A DNA stretch of 44,805 nt from Bacteriovoracia bacterium (GTDB lineage Bacteria; Bdellovibrionota; Bacteriovoracia; Bacteriovoracales; Bacteriovoracaceae), in contig JBKHVI010000018.1 in NCBI GenBank assembly GCA_046570105.1, positions 1 to 44,805 on the forward strand, read 5' to 3'. The notes under the pieces were generated by a model. That model was not told the DNA's origin, did not search any database, and worked only from the letters and a program-made list of their open reading frames with translations. This document shows, piece by piece, positions 37,598-44,805 of this stretch (position 1 is the first letter of the stretch; each line of letters starts with the position of its first letter). The translations under genes and the position numbers were made by a program.

Positions 37598-38512
37598 ATG
37601 CGTAAGACCATTATGATTTTTGGGGCCAGCTCGTTTTTGGGATCTAATCTCATCGAGTCACTATCAGCGCATTATCGAATCATTGGTGTTTTTCACAAAA
37701 CGTCTCTCGATATCCCGGGCATGCTGACGTTACGTTGTGATGTTCTCAAAAAAGATAATGTGAATCGCATGATCGCTACTTTTCGCCCAGATATCACCAT
37801 CTATGCGGCAGGCCTCTCATCGATTAATGCCTGTCATGCCAATCCAAAATTAGCAGATGCTTTGAATTCAGCCGGGCTCATCAATGTTTGCTCATCAGCA
37901 GAGAGATTTGGTTCCAAATTTATTTTCATTTCTTCGAGTTTCGTCTTGGCAGGAGAGGATGTTGTCTATCATGAGAGTGATACGCCTTTTCCGGGTACCG
38001 TATACGGAAGTGGTTTGGCTTCGAGTGAGTTCTACGTTCAGAAATCTTGTTTGAATTATATTATTTTCCGCTCCTGTCCTTTGTATGGTCGTGCTTTTCA
38101 TCCAGTTCGCAAAAATTGGTTTGAGCCGATTGAGACCAGTATTATGCAAGGCCATCAATTAAATATTGATGACCATGTCGAACATGGATTTCTTGATGTA
38201 CAGATTCTGGCGAAGCTTATTCAGCTAGCGATTGAAAAAGGTGTTACTAACCGCCTTTTCCAAGTTACATCCAAAGACATTATGAGCCGCTATGATTTTG
38301 CTCGTAAGTATTGTGAGATCTTCGAGAAAGACGAAGATCTCGTGGCCCGCACGCAGTGGTTGCTGCCGCTTGACGATAAACAGTTTAAGAATAAGAGCGC
38401 GGATAAATATCATTTCCGCATGGATACAAAGAACGCAGAAGAGTTCTTTGGTTTGCGTATGCCTACTGTAGAAGAATCACTTAAATCGACAAAGAAGAGA
38501 TTAGCGAGCTGA
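37598..38512 (+). CDS. RmlD-like extended SDR / sugar-nucleotide-binding protein
   Basis: IMIFGASSFLG, PDITIYAAG, FIFISSSFV..YHESDTP.P..YG, MSRYDFA. Confidence 0.8.
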   Translation: MRKTIMIFGASSFLGSNLIESLSAHYRIIGVFHKTSLDIPGMLTLRCDVLKKDNVNRMIATFRPDITIYAAGLSSINACHANPKLADALNSAGLINVCSSAERFGSKFIFISSSFVLAGEDVVYHESDTPFPGTVYGSGLASSEFYVQKSCLNYIIFRSCPLYGRAFHPVRKNWFEPIETSIMQGHQLNIDDHVEHGFLDVQILAKLIQLAIEKGVTNRLFQVTSKDIMSRYDFARKYCEIFEKDEDLVARTQWLLPLDDKQFKNKSADKYHFRMDTKNAEEFFGLRMPTVEESLKSTKKRLAS

Positions 38513-39031
38513 GTTGCGGATAAACTCGGCAAGATAAAATCTCACCAAAGATTCCACTTCAACCACTTCACCTTGATAGCGCCAAGTGACATTGTTGAAC
38601 GGACCAACATGCGCTTTGATTTCGTGAATCTGTGGTGCGCCAGGTGACTGGTCACCGGGAATTCTTGGAGCAAATAAACCACCGCTATTCGAGAGGAAAC
38701 CAACACTAATAACGTCAGGTCCACGGCGAGCAACGATAAGTTTGAGAGTATTTCGGAACATCATGAAGTCATTAATCGTATTTGAAATACGAAAGACCTT
38801 AATCTTACGACCTTGATCACGATTAACGCTGTATTGATTGAAAAGCGAAACATAGAACTCAAAGCGATCTTTTAATTTGTTCATGAAATTGACTGAAGAT
38901 TCTTCAAGAACACGTGCAGGATCTGCAGCATCGGTAAATCGAATATAGCCAGACTCCTCCATATTGATTTCTTCAAGGGCAAGAGACTCAATCCAGGATG
39001 TATCGTATTTTTCAATTTGTGATGTGTTCAT
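38501..39031 (-). CDS. Hypothetical protein
   Basis: 176-aa ORF from ATG 39031, preceded by TTGACG-N17-GATCAT; no motif recognised. Confidence 0.75.
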   Translation of the reverse strand: MNTSQIEKYDTSWIESLALEEINMEESGYIRFTDAADPARVLEESSVNFMNKLKDRFEFYVSLFNQYSVNRDQGRKIKVFRISNTINDFMMFRNTLKLIVARRGPDVISVGFLSNSGGLFAPRIPGDQSPGAPQIHEIKAHVGPFNNVTWRYQGEVVEVESLVRFYLAEFIRNSAR

Positions 39032-39107
39032 ATATTTATGATCGGGGCAAGAATGCCACACGTCAACTCTTTGCAATGAAGATAGGGGAAATAGAAAAAG
39101 AAAATAA

Positions 39108-39287
39108 GGGCCTGTTAGGATGGTGATTCGTTTCGCGCCCCTTAAATTTAAGGTGGGCGCTGTTAGTAATCACTTTAGGCTTCTCACAATCTGACCCTTT
39201 CGAGGCAGGTGAGCGTGCACACCGTGACCAGGGACTGCTCCCGATAACTGAATCGTAGGGGCGAAACTTATATATCCACCCAGACCC
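39108..39287 (-). ncRNA. ssrS: 6S RNA
   Basis: 180-nt rod: 5' GGGTCTG pairs with 3' CAGGCCC, and GTTTCGCCCCT pairs with AGGGGCGCGAAAC. Contains 6S-like segments CAGTCCCTGG, GAGAAGCCTAA and GCGCCCACCTT in the expected order; TAGAAT -10 just upstream. Confidence 0.85.
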
Positions 39288-39379
39288 ACTTATAATTCTA
39301 CTCCCAAGGTCTCGGGAGGGCCATGGGGACCTTTTGCCTGACTAGCAAAAGTCTAAGTGTTTTCGTAGGGTTACCCCCA

Positions 39380-39408
39380 TTGATAATAGTTGTGCGGTGC
39401 GGTATAAT
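39380..39408 (+). promoter_or_regulatory. sigma70 promoter upstream of flp
   Basis: TTGATA-N17-TATAAT. Confidence 0.7.
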
Positions 39409-39436
39409 ATATAAATACAGGGATAGCTACTTTTCT

Positions 39437-39464
39437 TAAAGTTTCTGCGGGTTCCGGTCGAAAA
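39437..39464 (+). promoter_or_regulatory. sigma28-like promoter upstream of flp
   Basis: TAAA-N16-GTCGAAAA, with the same -10 as the flagellin promoter. Confidence 0.65.
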
Positions 39465-39496
39465 GACTCAAAGAACCTACGCAAGGGGAGCGAGTT

Positions 39497-39700
39497 ATGA
39501 AAGGGAAAATCACGGAGTTCTTGAAGGATGAGAGCGGCCAGACCTCAACGGAGTACATTCTGTTGGTGGCGGTGGTTGCGTTTATCATCTTTAAATTCAA
39601 GGGCGTTCTTGAAGACAAACTAGTGGGGCCAAACGGTCTTGTAAATGGTGTCTTCACGAAAGCGGATTCACTCTTGGAGTCGATGAACAACACCAACTAA
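39497..39700 (+). CDS. flp: Flp family type IVb/c pilin
   Basis: FLKDESG|QTSTEYILLV prepilin motif; 67 aa; first gene of the Tad cluster. Confidence 0.88.
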   Translation: MKGKITEFLKDESGQTSTEYILLVAVVAFIIFKFKGVLEDKLVGPNGLVNGVFTKADSLLESMNNTN

Positions 39701-39714
39701 GAGATAGCTCTTAG
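39697..39714 (+). terminator. Hairpin after flp (terminator or stabiliser)
   Basis: CTAAGAG-ATAG-CTCTTAG with only a weak U-tract. Confidence 0.45.
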
Positions 39715-39753
39715 GGTTTGACTCGACAACGACGGCAGGCTTACGATGGAATT

Positions 39754-39972
39754 GTGAAAGCAAAATCCACCGGACAGGCTGCCGTCGAGTATTTATTTGT
39801 GCTCTTCTTTATGGTGCTTCTAGCTTCTAGAATTGCCTCCCGCTTTAATTCATTCTTCAGAGACTCCATCGGAAATCTTGGACACGTTCTATCTCAGAAC
39901 CTGATAGTTGGGGTTTGTGAAAAATCTTGTTTCTATAACGGTTACAGCAATCGTCATTCAGGAAGCCCGTGA
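39754..39972 (+). CDS. Flp/TadE-like minor pilin
   Basis: TG|QAAVEYLFV plus hydrophobic helix; likely GTG start at 39754. Confidence 0.7.
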   Translation: MKAKSTGQAAVEYLFVLFFMVLLASRIASRFNSFFRDSIGNLGHVLSQNLIVGVCEKSCFYNGYSNRHSGSP

Positions 39973-40475
39973 TTCCTCTTAGTATTTACTTGTTACTAGT
40001 GATTGAACTTGCCCTTGTTTCATGGGGAGATATTAGAACCCAGAAGATTCCAAATTTTTGGAGTCTCTTAAACATCGTATTCTTTATTTTCTTTCTGTTT
40101 TTTTTGCCTGAGATTTATCCGTTTGCCTGGGCGACATTTCTCTACTCAGCAGTTTTCTTAGCTGTTGGATTTGTACTGTTCTTATTAAAAATAATGGGTG
40201 GGGGAGACTCTAAGTTTCTCTTTTCATTTTTTTTACTCATACCGGTGTCCTTGCAATCTAGGGCCCTCATCTTACTTTTACTCTCAACTGTTTTAATCGG
40301 TGGCTTCTTGCTGCTGACTAATATTGGTAAGAATCACGAAAAAATTGTGGCCGCTATAAAAACGGGCTACATTAGAGGAATAAAAGAGTGTTTCGGGACA
40401 AAATTTTCATTTGCTCCTGTGATCTTATTAGCGTGGTTATGGTTAGGATGGGAAATAGGTTTAATATCATTTTAA
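39969..40475 (+). CDS. cpaA: Prepilin peptidase (A24 family; CpaA/TadV)
   Basis: DIRTQKIPN and MGGGDSK aspartate motifs; multiple TM segments. Confidence 0.9.
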   Translation: MIPLSIYLLLVIELALVSWGDIRTQKIPNFWSLLNIVFFIFFLFFLPEIYPFAWATFLYSAVFLAVGFVLFLLKIMGGGDSKFLFSFFLLIPVSLQSRALILLLLSTVLIGGFLLLTNIGKNHEKIVAAIKTGYIRGIKECFGTKFSFAPVILLAWLWLGWEIGLISF

Positions 40476-40759
40476 ATAACCGCGGACAAAGTACCGTGGA
40501 GTATATTCTTCTACTTTCGGTAGTCGTCAGTTTAATTTATGTGGTGATTAACTCGGCTCGTTTTAAAGAGATCATGGGTGAGGGTGGAACACTCGGAACC
40601 AACATGCGTCTCGAGTCTGAGTGGCACTATCGTTTTGCTAAGCCTCGTAATGGACTTACGACCACCTGGTCGGGAACATCTGCTGATCATCCTTCGTACT
40701 GGAACAGTGCCCGTGGAGCGACTCATTTCATTGGTCCAAAGGAACCCTATCCTCAATGA
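40448..40759 (+). CDS. Flp/TadE-like minor pilin
   Basis: NNRG|QSTVEYILLL prepilin motif. Confidence 0.75.
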   Translation: MGNRFNIILNNRGQSTVEYILLLSVVVSLIYVVINSARFKEIMGEGGTLGTNMRLESEWHYRFAKPRNGLTTTWSGTSADHPSYWNSARGATHFIGPKEPYPQ

Positions 40760-41334
40760 AGAAAGCAAATCAAGAGGGCCAATCAACCATTGAATTCATT
40801 TTTACGATGATGTTTTCATTAGGCGTGGTTTTTCTATTTGTGAATATCTCGATTAATTATTCGGCGGGATTTCTTGTTCATTACGCAACTTTTATGGCCA
40901 GCCGAACTTATTTAACTGTAGATAGTAATGCGAACCAACCAGCAGGCTCAGAAGCCGAAGCAGCACAAGCTGCATTTGATACTTTTCGTCGCTTCAAAAT
41001 GTCCGCAGTAGGTGTTCCTGCCTCGGGAATAATGCCTCCGGGAGGAAACGCTAACGGCTTCTACATAAATTCTTTTTCAACAGTCTCTAACAGTCAGCAA
41101 GCACTTTTCGTTGGAACTTACGCAAGATATGAAAAGCCACTATCATTTTTTAAAGTACTAGCTGGTGATACTCCAGTAACATTTGTGTCAGAGTCATTTC
41201 TAGGTAAAGAACCCGTAAGAGCCGATTGTTGGCAGCGCACCTGTCAGGCCATCATGCTTGGAGTAAAAGGACAACCCAATGCTTGCTCGTCTCAAAATAG
41301 CCATGACTTCACTGTTTTCGACAACGGGTGCTGA
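40756..41334 (+). CDS. TadE-like pseudopilin
   Basis: EG|QSTIEF plus TM helix, YATFMASR; Cys-containing C-terminus. Confidence 0.78.
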   Translation: MKKANQEGQSTIEFIFTMMFSLGVVFLFVNISINYSAGFLVHYATFMASRTYLTVDSNANQPAGSEAEAAQAAFDTFRRFKMSAVGVPASGIMPPGGNANGFYINSFSTVSNSQQALFVGTYARYEKPLSFFKVLAGDTPVTFVSESFLGKEPVRADCWQRTCQAIMLGVKGQPNACSSQNSHDFTVFDNGC

Positions 41335-41836
41335 TAACAAGGGGCAAGCGCTCATTGAGTTCATCATCTTTTTGCCGTTTATGTTGATGATGTATACGGT
41401 CGTTGCGAGCTTAGGTGATGCCATCTATGGATCGATTAATCAGCAAAAAGTCACGCGTGCTTATTTTTACTTTCGTTTACAGAACAATTCACAAATCAGT
41501 AAGCCCCAGCGCTCTGGTGTCGGTTTAGCAAATGAATCTTGGGTTCAGTTCGGGCACTTTTTTATTGGTTGGTCTGATTACCGCCAAGGAGATGCACCCT
41601 ATGCTCCTTGCTACAGATTAAACCTTCCTTTCGCTGCAGCTGCCGGTGATACCTGCGATCAAACTTATTCCAACGTAACTACTCAGTTTATTCGCGTGGC
41701 GACTGTTTATGGGCTTTGTGGGGCAACAATGGCTCGTGGAGCGAATCCTGGCGAGTTTTCAGAGTTGCCTGCAGGCGGAGAAGAGGCACAAATTCTAAAT
41801 TCTGTTATTACTGAAAGTAGTTGCTACATTCGCTAA
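41303..41836 (+). CDS. TadE-like pseudopilin
   Basis: KG|QALIEFIIFLP motif; four Cys. Confidence 0.78.
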   Translation: MTSLFSTTGADNKGQALIEFIIFLPFMLMMYTVVASLGDAIYGSINQQKVTRAYFYFRLQNNSQISKPQRSGVGLANESWVQFGHFFIGWSDYRQGDAPYAPCYRLNLPFAAAAGDTCDQTYSNVTTQFIRVATVYGLCGATMARGANPGEFSELPAGGEEAQILNSVITESSCYIR

Positions 41837-41918
41837 GGTAAACCCTTCCTCACTTCTTCTGTTGAAAATCATGCTATCATGTTGATTAGAGGTCTTTCAC
41901 GAGTTTAAGGATGAACCG

Positions 41919-42755
41919 ATGAACAGTCGCGCCTTTACCCTGAGTCTAGTTATCGCGGGCATCGCGATGTTTATGGTTTACTCTTTCTTAGAAGGGCGCG
42001 AAGCGCAGTTCGTAGAAGAGTATGGCAACCCATCACCCGTTGTTGTCGCGAAAATCGATATCAAAGAATTAGAATTGATCGATGACCGCAAATTGAAAAT
42101 TGAAAACATTCCAAAAAAATTCCAAATGCCAGGCCACTTCAAAAAAATTGAAGAACTCTATAATACGATCGCTGCTGTTCCAGTAAAAGCGGGCGAACAA
42201 ATTACTCGTCCACGCATTACTTATCCTGGAGCACAGTCTGGTTTATCGAGACAAATTGCCGTAGGTAAGCGGGCCCTTTCAGTACAGGTTCAGGAGAGTC
42301 AGGCGGTTTCAAAACTAATTAAACCGGGTGATCGAGTTGATGTGTTAGCAACTATCGATTATGCCGGTGGAAAGAAAGAACGAATTAAGGTGAAGACTGT
42401 TTTACAAGACGTTCTCGTTCTTTCGACAGGCCTTTACGTGACGAACAGTGTTCCGATTGTAAACCTTCAGACCTCTGAGACAGAATCACGTGAAATGAAG
42501 CTAAACAAATATGTGAACTTTAATACTGTGACACTTGAACTTACTCCATTTGAAGTACAGAAGATGATCTTCTTGGTTTCATCTGGTGGCAGTATTTATC
42601 TCACACTGAGAAATAATGATGATAAAGCAATTGAACGAATTAGCGGTACGAGACTCTTTGACGTACTAGGTGAGGATGCCGCCGAAGCTAAAACGTATTT
42701 TGCTGAACAACAAGCGGCTCAAAGAGGTCGCGCAGGAGCACCGGGTGGTCGTTAA
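41919..42755 (+). CDS. cpaB: Flp pilus assembly protein CpaB/RcpC
   Basis: SAF-like VVVAKIDI, GKRALSV, IKPGDRVDV, VLQDVLVL, VTLELTP..L.LRN. Confidence 0.93.
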   Translation: MNSRAFTLSLVIAGIAMFMVYSFLEGREAQFVEEYGNPSPVVVAKIDIKELELIDDRKLKIENIPKKFQMPGHFKKIEELYNTIAAVPVKAGEQITRPRITYPGAQSGLSRQIAVGKRALSVQVQESQAVSKLIKPGDRVDVLATIDYAGGKKERIKVKTVLQDVLVLSTGLYVTNSVPIVNLQTSETESREMKLNKYVNFNTVTLELTPFEVQKMIFLVSSGGSIYLTLRNNDDKAIERISGTRLFDVLGEDAAEAKTYFAEQQAAQRGRAGAPGGR

Positions 42756-44295
42756 GACCGTCATACTTTTAAGCGTTTTATTCCTGGGCTTAGCTCGGGC
42801 ACAGGATGCTGCGCCTCCAACGCCACCACCAGCAGCTGTGGGAGCAGGTGCGCCGGTAGATAAAGATGCAACCGAGAGAGATCTTGAGGTAGCTGTCGGT
42901 ATTGATGAAATCGTAAAAATTAATTTTGATTTTAGTACCAAAGTAGAAATTGGTAATGAGCAATTACTCAATCTAGTACTGGCGCCACAAAAGAGAGAAG
43001 TAACATTTAAAGGTATTAAGCCGGGACGTACTTCTGTCACTATTCGTGACAACGTCGGTGATGTTCGTCTTCGTTATATTGTGATCATTACTGCCAGTGG
43101 TAAATCTCAAATTGTCTCTGAGTTACGCGAACTATTGGGTAATGTTGAGGGCCTAGAAATTGGTATTCAAGGTGGTAAAGTATTTGTCGGTGGAGAAATT
43201 GTCGTTCCAAGCGATATTACTCGCGTGAATACAGTTCTTGAAACCTATCAAGAGGTTTTGCGACTAGTTCAACTTTCTCCTCAAACTCAGCGTGTGATTG
43301 CACGTAAGATGATGGATGAGTTGGCACGAAATAATCTCAAAGATGTTACGGTACGAGTGGTGAATCGCGTTTTTTGGCTTGAAGGTGTCGTAAGTTCTGC
43401 AGACAAAAAATCCCTTGCAGTCGCAATTGCGCAAGCTTATTTGCCAGATCGAATTGCCCTTGACCCAAAGGGTCTCCAGACTGTTAAGCGTGATGATATT
43501 ATTGATTTCATTTCTGTTAATGAGAAGAAAGATCCGCAACCACCTCCGAAACAGGTGAAGATCACTTCGCAGTTTGTGGAGCTTTCAAAAGACTACTCAC
43601 GGCTTTTTGGTTTTAAATGGGCGCCTCTTCTAACCGAAGGCGGGGGTTCAATTAGTTTTGGCCAAAATTCTGCAGGCGGAGTCACGAGCACTTCAAATGA
43701 TACGTTAGCAGCAACTATTTCAAATCTTTTCCCAAAGCTCAATTCTGCGCGCTCTGCAGGTTATGCTCGCGTCGTACAATCCGGAATGGTCGTTACGAAA
43801 GACCAGCAGACTGCCAACATTAATAAGAAGACTGATATTCCATATGCGATTGGTACAGGTGATTTTACACGTGCTGCCACCGCAAGTGTCGGCTTTAGTA
43901 TGGAAGTGACTCCCAAGATTCTTGAGCAAGAAAAAGTAGAGATGGGTATTGGTATAGATGTGAACACCAGTGCAAACTCGTCTTCAGCTGGAGCACCTGT
44001 CACAACGAATAATAAGATTAAAACGACTGTGGTTATTAAGAGTAAAGAATCAGCAGCAATAGGTGGTGTGGTTCAGAATCAGTCTACCACTGCTTACGAT
44101 AAAGATGATCCTTCACCTAGCGCAGCGCCGACTGATGGATCTGCTCCGCCGGCTCCTTTATTTAGAATTATACGATCAAAGAATCATCAGATTTCACGTA
44201 ACCAGTACGTGATGTTTTTGACTCCGGAAATTATTGAATCAGCCTCAGCTGGCACAGAAGAAATTAGAAAGAAATTCAGACGCAGGACGCGCTGA
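42745..44295 (+). CDS. Tad pilus secretin CpaC/RcpA-like with BON-like domains
   Basis: Signal peptide from GTG 42745 (AGGAG upstream); KGIKPGRTSVTI; QVKITSQFVELSK..FGFKW; AAIGG; MFLTPEII. Confidence 0.82.
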   Translation: MVVKTVILLSVLFLGLARAQDAAPPTPPPAAVGAGAPVDKDATERDLEVAVGIDEIVKINFDFSTKVEIGNEQLLNLVLAPQKREVTFKGIKPGRTSVTIRDNVGDVRLRYIVIITASGKSQIVSELRELLGNVEGLEIGIQGGKVFVGGEIVVPSDITRVNTVLETYQEVLRLVQLSPQTQRVIARKMMDELARNNLKDVTVRVVNRVFWLEGVVSSADKKSLAVAIAQAYLPDRIALDPKGLQTVKRDDIIDFISVNEKKDPQPPPKQVKITSQFVELSKDYSRLFGFKWAPLLTEGGGSISFGQNSAGGVTSTSNDTLAATISNLFPKLNSARSAGYARVVQSGMVVTKDQQTANINKKTDIPYAIGTGDFTRAATASVGFSMEVTPKILEQEKVEMGIGIDVNTSANSSSAGAPVTTNNKIKTTVVIKSKESAAIGGVVQNQSTTAYDKDDPSPSAAPTDGSAPPAPLFRIIRSKNHQISRNQYVMFLTPEIIESASAGTEEIRKKFRRRTR

Positions 44296-44310
44296 AGAGG
44301 AAAGGGCAGG

Positions 44311-44805
44311 ATGGCCGGACATATCGTTAGCATCATCGGTGGCAAAGGTGGTGTGGGCAAATCACAACTCGCAGCTAACCTTGCAATTGCTTGGGCGACA
44401 GAAGCACGTCAAAAAGTTTTACTGCTCGACTTTGATCAAAAAGCCTGCGGTGATCAGAATATCATCACAGGTCTTCGCTCTAAGAAAAACATCAAGGAAC
44501 TCTCTGATTTTGCCGGTGCGATCGATCCAAAATCTTTGATGCTATTTACTGCTGAACATAAAGCAGGCATTAGCTATATTGGCATGCCAACAGATTCTGC
44601 TTCCGCCTCTCAGATCAATGAAGAGGGTTTAGGCAAAGCACTTAAGGCGATTACCAATATTTATCCCATCACAATAATTGATGCTGGCAGTGAACTTAAC
44701 CCGCTAGCACTTAAAGCATTAGAGTTTTCCACCTTGATAATTATGGTGGTGACGCCCGATCTTCTTTCTGTGAATCAAGGCAAGAGAATGTATGGTGACT
44801 TGGTG
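44311..44805 (+). CDS. CpaE/TadZ-like MinD/ParA-family ATPase, 3'-truncated
   Basis: Not in the ORF track. Translates as MAGHIVSIIGGKGGVGKSQLAANLA..VLLLDFD..IIDAG..VVTPDLLS and stays open to the window end. Confidence 0.85.
   Translation, partial: MAGHIVSIIGGKGGVGKSQLAANLAIAWATEARQKVLLLDFDQKACGDQNIITGLRSKKNIKELSDFAGAIDPKSLMLFTAEHKAGISYIGMPTDSASASQINEEGLGKALKAITNIYPITIIDAGSELNPLALKALEFSTLIIMVVTPDLLSVNQGKRMYGDLV

Noticed and set aside
44234..44539. 101-aa ORF listed in the track
   Set aside because: The real gene is in another frame from ATG 44311 (deviant Walker A KGGVGKS) and runs off the window.
1..44805. CRISPR arrays, tRNA/rRNA genes, IS elements, defence systems
   Set aside because: No regularly spaced repeats, cloverleaf sequences, or transposase/nuclease motifs found by eye. 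The PLD has a signal peptide and two HKD motifs, which fits a lipid enzyme.

Overview
Bacterial chromosomal window, mostly housekeeping genes. Gene content (two short flagellins, a Tad/Flp pilus locus, many secreted proteins, a stand-alone Rel-like protein) suggests a predatory Bdellovibrionota/Bacteriovoracia-like organism; this is inference. In order: 3' part of an Omp85/BamA-family gene; rplM-rpsI; a divergent UvrA-like ATPase; a secreted protein plus matrixin metalloprotease pair; an AMIN-like protein; lon; an AT-rich three-gene cassette (GT2 glycosyltransferase, B12-binding radical SAM enzyme, TMTC/GT-C-like membrane glycosyltransferase); a phospholipase D; rpoZ; an acyl-CoA synthetase; an orphan OppA-like lipoprotein; alaS; recX; recA; pgpA; a RelA/SpoT-synthetase-like protein; a greA-recG operon; an ABC1/UbiB kinase; a GNAT; two flagellins separated by a structured leader with a mini-ORF; an RmlD-like SDR; a 6S RNA; and the start of a Tad pilus cluster. 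Four sigma28-like promoters are visible. I saw no tRNA, rRNA, CRISPR array, transposase or integrase. The best candidates for an undescribed system are the AT-rich glycosylation plus radical-methylation cassette, the sigma28-driven protease/partner pair and the stand-alone Rel-like enzyme. All calls were made by eye, without database searches.
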